Assembly: GCF_964355755.1 (NCBI RefSeq)
Contig: NC_092677.1
Coordinates: 27,639,175-27,703,174 of the forward strand
DNA length: 64,000 nt
DNA from: Antedon mediterranea
Lineage: Eukaryota > Animalia > Echinodermata
Reading direction: 5' to 3'
Below are positions 46,132 through 57,400 of the stretch, one piece after another (within the stretch, counting starts at the first letter, position 1; every line of letters starts with the position of its first letter). Below the pieces are notes generated by a model. It did no database searches. It saw only the letters and a list, made by a program, of their open reading frames with translations, and was not told the origin of the DNA. Position numbers and translations under genes: made by a program.

Positions 46132-47295
46132 TTAAAATAGAAATAACTGAAAACCATCGATCCTCGACATTGCTTTTAGGCTGGTCAGCAATATCAACAT
46201 ATCAAAACGTTCGGTTTGCTCGAGTTGGAGATCATCTAATAACGCATTAAAGCACGCCTCCTCTAGGTAAGGCTCTGTCGTCTCCGCAGTTCTGTTCATA
46301 ATATTGAGTCGTCCAAATTTGTTAACAATTGCAACTAAGCGAGAAGGATGATATTCGATGTCGAAACCTAGCGGACTTAAAAATGTAACCACTTTTCGAA
46401 GTTTGTCTATGAAATGTTGACGCATTGATAAATCACCAGCACTTTCAACATCTATCATCGTTGTCATAGTAAGTAATGTGTAACCGTAGAAACGTCTTTT
46501 ACTGTTTTTTTGGTCAGTCATTCTGAAAATGTAGGAGACTATTCGACGATCGAGTTGGAAAGCTATCTCACCAATTATTCTCAACTTTAATTCTCTTTCT
46601 TCTTGAGTACCTTGACTTAAAGACGCCGCGGAAGCGCCTAAACTAAAATCAGTTCTCGTCAGAGGGCGCTTGTCTATATACTCCATTTCAGTTAATGCAG
46701 ATGCATCTGATAGTCTACTTCTTGAGGAGGTCTCATTCATTATATTTTTCTTAGGAGTAGAATGTATTTTGGGCTGAAATGTCTCTGTGTAAGATCTGTC
46801 AGTTTGATCACGTGATTTGTGATTTGTTTCTCTGATTGGTTGAGTGTTTTTAAATATAGGTATACTACAATCACATGTTATTCCTTCAACTGCATGCGCG
46901 CATTGTTTAGATTTATTTTCATAAACAATTGTAGAAAGTTCCTTTTGTGGAATACTGCAACATGTTTCTCCATTATTTTCTATAAAAAGATATTTATAAC
47001 ATTTTATTTCTTAGTTATTATTAATCGGCGCTTTGATATATACTGCAATATAGTGATACACAGATTTTCGATATTATCACTTACCTCTAGAAATGTTCAA
47101 TCGTTTTCCAGACATCCAACTTGCAAGAACACTAATCAAAGTTGCTGATTTCAAATCAGAATTTTCTTTCAGCAATTCCAGTTGAGATTTTAAAGAACGA
47201 TTTTCCTCTTGTAGTAATGCGTTTGTTTCGTTGACTAATTTGTTTGATAAAACAAAGCCACTACTTTTTTCACCTTTATTGTTAAATGTGGACAT
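46132..47295 (-). CDS. SPATC1L: Speriolin-like protein (SPATC1/SPATC1L family), ~352 aa
   Basis: Exons 47295-47085 and 46979-46132 in frame; N-terminal coiled coil LQEENRSLKSQLELLKENSDLK; C-terminal RIIGEIAFQLDRRIVSYIF..RFYGYT..DGFQLFLF matches the speriolin C domain as recalled. Confidence 0.85.
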
Positions 47296-47400
47296 TTTAC
47301 AGAATATTTACGTCACGCCAAATGAATACTATTAAAACCATTATTTTGTTTTACTTACTATGAACGTACGTCCGCCGTACAGTACAAATAAAAACTGCGT

Positions 47401-47490
47401 TGTATCTTAGTAACAAGAGTAACACGTTTCATTGTATCTTAGTAACAAGAGTAACGCGTTTCGCTGTATCTTAGTAACAGGAGTAACGCG
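47401..47490. promoter_or_regulatory. 32-bp tandem repeat x3, each unit with an RFX X-box-like motif, upstream of the speriolin-like ATG
   Basis: GTATCTTAGTAAC at 47402, 47434 and 47466. Confidence 0.6.
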
Positions 47491-48609
47491 CACAACTATT
47501 CCTGTTTATATTTGAAATAGCGCCACCATGTCATAGTCTTTATCATCAATTGCGCGGCGTACGCCCTTTTGATAAGATGTTGTCAAAGGTCAATGCTATT
47601 TATCAAATCTTTATGTATTTAACCGTCAATGTTTGCATATGATTTAACATTGTGTTTTTTAATTTGAAAAAAAATGAAACTATTACACAACCACCAGGAA
47701 CATAAACAGCTATAGGGCGTGAACCGAAAGATTAATGACTAGACCTAATAGTGATAATGAATTTATGAAACACATAATTATACACTTGAATCTTGATAAA
47801 AAGAAAGAAATATCAGCTAACAACTGAATGTAACGAAGATTATGAGAAGGTGGTTTGGCGTTTGGTTAGCACACAATCCAATCTCACGAGGACACGCAAC
47901 GCAAGGACGTCGTAAGCACAATAAGTAATTTTACCAATCACGAGCTAGATTTGTCTGCGTTTAACTGTTGTCACATTGGTAACTCGCGTGCGTTGCGCTA
48001 CGTATTTGCGCGTCATAGTGGGAATCAAGATTAACACACTGATTGGTAGAATAGGATCGACTCAATAACTATTGAGGCTTATGGTTATCCTGTGGGATTA
48101 AAAGTTCTATCTTCACGTCCGTAGGAGCATTGGAGGCCGAATTAACATTTCGAAATGTCACAAATATGGAAGACTGAAAGATGAGGATTGATGAATTAGA
48201 CTTTGATCTGTATTAGAGGTGCATTGAATTAAAGAACGTTATGATAATAATTAATGATTAACTAAAATTGATATTTTGTATTTGCATTATCATCACTATC
48301 ACCAGTAGTGGTCACTATTTCATTCCTAGACTACACAGACTACACGACATTTATTCTCAACCAAAACCAGGTAAGACTTATTTTTTCCACTTTTGTAGAA
48401 AACCTATTATTTCTAATTATTATGCCGTTATTTTTTGTTGTAAATGCGATTATAATGATATTGCTTTCCTTAAGCTGTCGTGCACTCGCACATGTGAACG
48501 CAAAATGGTTATGCCTAGCCTACTCGATGGCTGATTGATCACAAACTACTTTGAAACTGCTTGACAGGATGACTACCCTACGACGATGGGCATCACTGAT
48601 GGGACTTAA

Positions 48610-48912
48610 TACACCATGCATGTTATAATGCACTCGGCCTAAACGCATTTTATTTGAAGACGGTATGTGCACTTGATGTAAACGCATTTGCTGACGAAAA
48701 ACGCGTTTACTTTGCTGACGGTATGCGATGTAAACGCATTTAATTTGGTAAATACGGATGGGATACCATGTATAATGCACTCGACGCATTTTATTTGCTG
48801 ACGGTAAGCACTCGATGTAAACGCATTTAATTTGGTAAATACGAACGGGATACCATGTATATTGCACTCGACGCATTTTACTTGCTGACGGATAAGCATT
48901 CGAATGCGTTTA
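48610..48912. repeat. Imperfect tandem repeat (~89-bp unit with sub-repeats)
   Basis: Recurrent TACCATGTATAATGCACTCGACGCATTTTATTTGCTGACGGTA..GATGTAAACGCATTT. Confidence 0.85.
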
Positions 48913-49997
48913 TAAGCACAATACTGTAAAACACTATTTTAATTGATTATTTTACGAAGAGGCCAATGAGGACACGCCCTTCCATTTTGAAAGAAACAGA
49001 ACCACGAACTTAAAATACACCGTCGATTTCCTCCTGTAACACTCAATATAATAATTGTAGGCTACTAATTAAATATTTATTCACTGTCGTTGAGTGTGCT
49101 TGTCTAATAACAGCACGTTATTGGATCAATCGATGTCATACCTTCTATTCATCGTTGCTTATAGAATAAGACAAACAAAGATATTCAATGAAGCTGTATT
49201 ATTCAGCGATTTTTGTAGTAACTGGCGGCATGATGAGGCTCAGAAAATACTGAGTGAAGAAAGTCACAATGACAGATATGCTCACGTCGCCATGTTAACA
49301 TGTTGCTGTTTTAATACATAGCCATTCATGTTGTAAGTATTATCTCGATACGGTAGCATTAACATAATATGTATAATTAATTGATATTACTAAGCGTGGT
49401 ATACGTGTTAAGAGATCAGCACGATCGACGCAACGCGCGGTCAAGATGACATTCCGTGTGCTGATAAGCTCCCTGTTTATTTCATTTGACAATACAACAG
49501 CGCTTTTAACAAATAGATATATTTTTTTAGTTTTTAATTTTCATATAAAGGTAGTAAATGTCCATGAAATTAACTTTGCTTTTGAGTGCTATTAGCCAAT
49601 TATAGCTGTGGTTATAATACGTAATACTGTACGAGTATTCTAGCCGTTCGGGACCGTACAAAATGCCCAAGATACACTGACGTGAGAAACAAGCTAATTG
49701 TAAACGAGTAACCCTGCCCCACCAAAACGACACCTTGACAGCAGTCGCCATACATACCCCACTTAAAACTCCTGGCATGATTACCCATGGCTACACTAAA
49801 ACGACGCCTAGACAACAGTATCCAACAAGTTGGTGCACAATGCTCGGATTGTGTTGTTGATTGTTGTATTTAATTTTTTTTAACGTTCATCTTTTTCACA
49901 AAGATAAGTAGGTTAAGCGTAGACTTACCTCCTTGTGATCTTTTTGAAAATGGCAATAATTCTAGTACACAATGATACTTTTGTGTCGACCGAGTCC

Positions 49998-50183
49998 AAA
50001 TACTTGACAAATAAACCACAATGCTAAAAATGTCCCGGATCCAGCCACGTGCCTTTACACTTTCAATCTTCAGTCAAGTTATTCTTTACATGTAAAGAAT
50101 AACTTGACTGAAGATTGAAAGTGTAAAGGCACGTGGCTGGATCCGGGAAATGTTTAGCATTGTGGTTTATTTGTCAAGTATTT
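49998..50183. repeat. 186-bp spacerless palindrome
   Basis: 93-bp arms centred on TTACA|TGTAA (50090/50091) with two mismatches. Confidence 0.95.
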
Positions 50184-50518
50184 TTTACTACACTACATAA
50201 AATTATTACGAGTACAAATAACGGGAAATAACGATGGTAAAGTTAAATTGATCGTAATTACAACAAAGATGACCTGTTAAGTGCATACACCGATCCATCG
50301 ATAGACCTGCTCAGCAATGAACGATGGCATCGTTCATGGGAACACGTCGACAACGTATTTCATACGGTATGCTGTATACATATATAATATTGTGTGATAT
50401 GAGCCGATATATCCAAATTCAACGTCACAGAACATATGAGAAATAATCTTTTCTATTATTTAATATAAATAGGCCTATATATTGTATTTTCAGTAAAGTA
50501 AAAGACACGAAATCCAAA

Positions 50519-52277
50519 ATGCCGGCTGAGCCAAGCGATAAAGAGAAAGAAGAGAAGATGAAAGAACTCCTGTACCGGATGCAAGACGTTGAAGATGACG
50601 AAGGATTTGCAAAAATGGAAAATACGTAAGAAATCATTTTGTTACAACTTAACAGACGCGTGGCAACGCACAAGGAAGTGCGTGAGCGCAACGCAAGTAA
50701 TTTGACCATTCACAAGCGGTAGATCATTATCCGAATTATCGCTTGTCATTAACCAACTTGTTTGCGTTGCCCTTACGCCCTTTCATGCGTTGCGTCTCAT
50801 AAGGGCAGGAGTTGACGTTGAAGTTTGTAACAAAACCACTTTTTAGATATCGTTTTATTTATTATCCGGTAGCTGGAATATATTTTGAAGCTGTTAAATT
50901 TATATTTTTCTTTTACAGCCGGATGCGGTACTTAGTAGGATATGAGTGGGACTTAGAAGAAGCCGAAATCCGCTTACGAGATACCGTTCAATGGAGAAAA
51001 GAACGGCGTCCTCTTGAGGCAGACTGTAAATATTGTGAGGATCAGCCTGGATTTCATGCTTGGGTAGGTTTTATATATCTTTATAATTTATGTGTTGCAT
51101 AAAATTACATAATGTATTGTAATATTGTATAAATAAAAAGTAATCATAATAATAACATATTGAATTTTTAATTATGTATACATATTATGTATACATATTA
51201 TGTATACGTATTTTACCTTACGTATAGCGTCAAGTTGGTCACGACAAGACTGGTAGACCTGTCATTTACTCATGCTTTGCACAAGCCTCAACTCAGCACT
51301 ATACAGCCGAGGATAATGTACAGCATTTATTACATTTGGCCGAGAACGCCAAGAGAAGTATGTTACAAGACGCTTGCAGATGGGTGTGGGTCCTTGATGT
51401 AACAGGTAGGCCAATGTTAAAACAATTATCAGCAGCACATGAAAAAAGAAACCCATAAATTTACGCGCGCGTTCACAAAGTTCTCTTTTCATCAGCGGGT
51501 GCACGCGCAAGTCAACGTGTGTTTATTTTTCATGGTACGTACATGTCAATCCTGTTAATTGCGTGCAATACGGTAAGATTTTAAATGTTCAATAGGCACA
51601 ACTCAAGTCAGTTGACCAATTAAAGGCGACATTTCAATCCGTCTCGTCGTGATTGTCAAATTACCTACTTGTATTGTGGTAGTTTGTTTATGGTAGTATT
51701 AATGTTGACACTGTGATTGTTTTTAGGAATGACCCTATCTGCTTGTAATCCACGTCTGGGTAGCGCCGTCAACTCTGTGATAGCTACCCACTACACTGAA
51801 CGTCTTGGAAACGTAATCATTGTGAACCATGGGTGGTTGTTTGAAGGTGCTTGGAAGGCCATTAAGATATTCGTACACAAAAATACGCTAGCTAAAGCTA
51901 GGCTAGCCAGAGGTGACAACAAAATCGAAAAATGTTTCGAGGAATTCTTTGACCCAAGTCTGACACGGTGGTTTTTGCAAGAACTACGATTAAACAAGCA
52001 CAAACCGATGTTGCCTTCACAAAAGTCATTCTGGAAACCACCAGATGATCCAGACTCACATGATCCACGCGGCTGTCCAGACTATGTCAGGAATTACTTG
52101 GATCCATATTACAGACAAGTTGTTTGTAAACAGACGGGAATGTCCAGGGACGAACTACCAAAGACGCCACCTATGCACGAACCTCATCCTAACTATGTCC
52201 AAGATATGCGTGAGCGCGCCAAAAGACAACAGTCACGAAATCAAGACGATGAAGAAGATATTAACCAAGATTGGTGA
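50519..52277 (+). CDS. CRAL-TRIO (SEC14-like) lipid-binding domain protein
   Basis: Exons 50519-50625, 50919-51063, 51228-51405, 51727-52277; RYLVGYEWDLEEA..LRDTVQWRKE, GHDKTGRPVIY, WVWVLDVTG, HYTERLG..IVN and WKAIKIFVHKNT motifs. Confidence 0.87.
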
Positions 52278-53495
52278 TTGAACTTATAAATACACACCTC
52301 TCTTTAATCAACCAAGAAGAGTGATTGGATGAATATACACATTTTCGCGTACTGTATATACGCGCGCGTATCCGTTCTAGCTTAATGCGCGCCTAGTCTA
52401 GAGAGTAACTGCAACTGCACTCAATGCAAACGTGCCGTCTAATCTTAATCAGGTTGGTTCACCGGCCAACTGTACTCAACTACGCGTCTACGCTAACGCC
52501 AGTGATTCTTCGATTGTGATTGGTTGTTTGCAGCCGCGAATTTAAGTGGAAAATTAATAATTATTTTAGCAAAGAAATTTACAAATCACCACAATGGTGC
52601 TTGAGTTTTTGTGTGATACTGCTGCTGCGGCTGATGAAGTGAGAATTATGTTTAATTAGCTCAAGACTTTTCCTTGATTTGTGCAATAATCAAATATACA
52701 ATTTATATACGTGTTTAACGAAATTTATAAATTAGATATTTATAAGTGATTTTGTAAAATTATAATAAAAGATAATTTTAAACAATCATTTGACACGTCA
52801 ATTCATTTTAGTAAATGTCTCTCAAAATGCGATTTTTTATCGTTAGGAACAGTGTACGGTAAAATTAGGTAATGAAAACCGTGGTGCGGAAAAAGTATAT
52901 ACCGGTATTGAACAATTTGAACAACTATAAAAAAGAGAAATGGCAACCTTTGGACTGTTTACCCAGTCTCAATAGGTCGCCCCTCTAAACCTATCAAGCC
53001 TCTGATGAAGTTTTATATCATTATAATAACTAACCAGTGTTAGTACAGCCTCAATTGATTTATGTTGAATGCGTCCGTAAAATATTCGTATTTTGTTGTT
53101 GGCTCTATGAAAGAGATTTAATTGTGCACGGAGGAGGAAACCTGTCACAAAATAATTCGAGTTCACACACAAACCTTCATTATTATAATATACGCTCTGA
53201 ACTTGTCCATTGTTTGAACAACAGAATGGAAATACCCCAGTATACGTTGTGCTTTTGTGCCGGTAATGCGAAAGAAAATTCTAGAATCGCAGTTATTATA
53301 TAATAATTGTTAAGCGTAAATATAGTAACAAAACGTAGGTGTTCTTTATCAAGACGAATGTCTAGGCATGCGCACTAGTAGTATGAACAACTGAATGTTT
53401 TTGTAGAAATAAACAAGGAAATTAAATAGAAGAAATACAATAATGTTATAAATTCAATGTAGACTGGAATAACTAATTCCTCCTCTGTGTTATCA

Positions 53496-53530
53496 TGACG
53501 TCATACACCAAGACAGTTCCGGGGATTTCC
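53496..53530. promoter_or_regulatory. CRE plus NF-kappaB site upstream of the HOIP-like gene
   Basis: TGACGTCA 53496-53503 and GGGGATTTCC 53521-53530, upstream of probable short 5' exons (donors near 53664, 53881, 54264). Confidence 0.55.
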
Positions 53531-54410
53531 ACACTGCTATTTTTGCTGTGGTTTCCAATTAACAATACAACGTAGGCTAAAAGAAATCATTGATTCGTAT
53601 TGTCTTCATGTCTCGGAAGTATAACCGAGCAAAGAATTGCTGTACTGGGTGTGTAAGATACATGGTAGGTTCTGTAGTCCCTGTTAAACAAACTAGGTTT
53701 ATTGGTATTAATATAGGCAGGTAATTTGAAGAAGACTGTATAGCAGCCGGTAGATCATATCCTAAGCATGGCTTTATAAGCGGCTAAATTTGACTGTAGC
53801 TCGTTCTTTGTCAATGACGAAATTATAGTTGTTGCGAAACCGATAGTCAGAAATATGCTGAATGTCCTAAAAGAGAAATTGTAAGTATATGGTATTCTAA
53901 GCAACAATAGCTAAGCTTGGTCCACAACCGGGAATACATGGACATACACTATTCTTGAGTTTTTGCTGTTGCCAACACTCATGTTGGAAATTCCATGTTT
54001 TTCGTTTATTGTGTGCAGACATAACACTATAGTGGCGAATGTACCATGAGAAAAATCGATTTTCTCTGAATTCAAACACCTACCAAAATGCCTCCACCAT
54101 TAAATATAATGGACTGTCGAACCGGCATGACATTTATTTATATTTTATTTAAGCTTACGTCATTATTTTCAATTATTAATACATTCTGAATTTAAATGTT
54201 TCATATGCACATTTTCAAATGTAGAGTCCGAGAAATTGGCGGGTGATATAGGATATCGTTCCGGTAGGTAACATGCCATTTTATTCCTATTTTGATTGAC
54301 CTACTGTACTCAATAATTAAGAGCCTGAAAGAACGAAGTCAACAATATTCGAGTTACAAATTGACATTACGGACAACACGAACTTAGACCGAGGCGTCGA
54401 AAAGGAAACA

Positions 54411-57400
54411 ATGGGCCAAAACCACACGGGCCTTAGCGAACCAAGCTCAGATGAAGAAAAAAGGAAAACTACAAAGAACAAAAACGGAGGGAAAACAAGT
54501 GAGAAACAGAAGAAAAAATTGTCAATAAAATCTATGAAAAGATCTATGAAACGTAGCAAAGATCAACCTGAATCTTTACAAGAAGCAACAAAACCAGCAA
54601 ACACATTTGAAAATAAATGTTCGGAAGATAGGAGAGAGGAGTCGGATGTTGCATCTTCTACGTCAGAGCAATATTTGTCGTCTGCTAAATGCCGAGAATC
54701 AGAGAGCGGAGTGACGTCATCACCTAAAGATTCGTCAACGACAAATAAACCAGATGTCAAAGGTGAATACGAACTACACATAATATTCAGTGCTTACAAT
54801 TAAGGGCAGTATATATTAAGACTTATTTTCGTAAAAAATAGGGTTTGTGATACATTTCAGATATTACCTAACTGAGGCCTTATCATTTCAGAAAAAGATT
54901 TGTCTTCAAATGATTGTCAGGCGAAGATGGAGTCACACGTTGATACACAAATGCATACTATTGACATGAATATAGGACATCTTCCAATCATCAGAATTGA
55001 CCCAACTCAGAAGAAGCAGAAGAAACAAGCTGGAGAAGACATAACACGTGCTTTAACAGATGAGGTCACTAATGACTCAAACGTTGATACAGGTAGGTTG
55101 GAATTTAGTGTACTACTGTTAAGCCTAAAATAAACTAAAAATGTTCAGTTGACGTCACTACAAAGATTATTTCAAACTAACCAATCTCTGTTTTCAAAAC
55201 AGACATGTGTGAGACATGTGGAATCAAGAATGGCACAATGTCCTGTGATGTATGTGAACATTCCAGATGTGATAGTTGTGATAAAAAGTGGCACAACAAT
55301 CCGAAAAGAAGAAGTCATCAACGAAGATCTAAAAAAGAATCCTTGAATAAATCTATTGAAATAAAAGATAATTCTGATACAGGAGAAACTGAAAATGAAA
55401 CAGAAGTGAATGGAATTAAGGACAATACTGACACATTATGTGAGACATGTGGGGTTAAGGTTGGTACCATGACTTGTGATGTATGTGGGAATTCTAGATG
55501 TGATAGTTGTGATAAAAAGTGGCACAACAATCCCAAACGAAGAACTCATCAACGAACAGAAACTTTAAATAAATCTATTGAAATGAAGGAGCATTCTGAT
55601 ACAGGAAAAGCTGCAAAAGAACCAGAGTTAAATGGAACGAGGAAAGAGAGCCTAAAAGAAAATGAAAGTTTAGAAAAGTCATTGAAATCGGAAGAAGTTC
55701 AACAAAGAGGACAAAGTGTACCATTAAACAGCATTGAAATGCGATTAGAGCAAAAGAATTTAGAAAATATTGGACGTAATTATCCTGAATTAAAAAATTA
55801 CGCAAATGTTCCTGAAGTATCTCACGAAAATGGTAGAGATAAATCGGATGTCTTTCAACCAAATCAGATGAGTACATGTTACAGGTCAGATAACGAAGAA
55901 CTGTTAGGTGACAATAGCCAAGGTAAAAACGAAATACATAAGCCTAACATTTAGATATAACATGTTTAATTCAGTTCAAATAGACAGAAACAACAACTGG
56001 ATATGTTTAACAAATACTAAATGTTTATTTTATATAAAAGATGAGCTGTGTGTGCTCTGTGGTGTTGAAAAAGCTAGTATTCCGTGTCAACAGTGTGGTG
56101 ACGCAAGATGCGTTCAATGTGACGCAAAATGGCATCGGCACAAAAACAGGAACAAACATATCAGGAACAAGACGCAAGTTTTGCAAGAGATTGCTGATGG
56201 AAATCCTAAGAAAGATACAGCCTCGACGGCGGAAGAGTGTGAACCAGGAATCAAGAAAAATGATGAAAGAACCAACAAAACTGAATACCAAGAAAATGAA
56301 AATGATTTTGACAAACCGACTGAGTTTGGTAATTTAACTTTTTACATTTACATATTTGGTAGATTTTATAGTCAAGTCTGTAACGAAAAGAAGACGTGCT
56401 TAGATACGATAGAGCTTTTGTACGGCGCATGCGTTATATTTGTATCTTGGATGCAGATCAATGGATTTAACTTCGTTGTTGTACTGGTGATAGAAGTAAT
56501 AATTTTGTACTTTAAGCTGTTTTAATGTGATTAAAATGATTTCATTATTTTGTTTTTATCAAAACAGACATTTTTACTGAAGGCCTTACTACTCCAGAAA
56601 AAGCTTTATCTTTAAATGACCGTCAAACGAAAGCGGATTCACATATTGATACACAAAAACATACTATAGACATGAATATAGGACCTCTTCCAATCATCAG
56701 AATTGACCCAACTCAGAAGCAGAAGAAACAAACTGCAGAAGGTATGACACGTCAAGGTTTAACAGATGAGGTCACTAATGACTCAAACGTTGATACAGGT
56801 AGGTTAGAAAATATTTTCTGCAGTTAACGTCATTTCAAAGATTGTTTTACAAGTTAACCAATCTCTCTTAATTAAAGTAACTAAATATAACGTTTTATTC
56901 CAAACAGACATATTATGTGAGACATGTGGAGTAAAGAATGGCACGATTTCCTGTGATATATGTGAAAATTTCAGATGTGATAGTTGTGATAAAAAGTGGC
57001 ATAACCACTCCAATAGAAGAACTCATCAACCAAGACCTCGAAGGGAAACATTGAATAAAACTACTATTGAAACGGAAGAGAATTCTAAAAGAGAAGAAAC
57101 TGCAGAAGAACTAGAGTTGAATGAAATGACAGAAGAGAGCATAAAAGAAAATGTTGCAAACGTTGGACATTTCGAAAGTTTCGAAAAATCATTAAAATCG
57201 GAAAATAAAAAAGTTCAACAAAGAGGACAAAGTGTACCATTGAGCAGTAACATTGAAGTAAACTTAGAGCAAAAGAATTTAGAAAATATTGGACGTAATT
57301 ATCCTGAATTTGAAAATTACGCAACAGTTTCTGAATTATCTCACGAAAATTGTAGAGATAAATCAAATATCTTGCAACCAAATCAGATAAGTACAAGTTA

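Noticed and set aside
48520-48899. Cys/His-containing repetitive ORFs
   Set aside because: Translations of a tandem repeat with no splice or domain support
53608-54263. Upstream coding exons for the HOIP-like gene (ATG near 53608, exons ~53717-53880 and 54225-54263)
   Set aside because: The tested splice combinations hit stop codons; treated as probable 5'UTR exons pending cDNA
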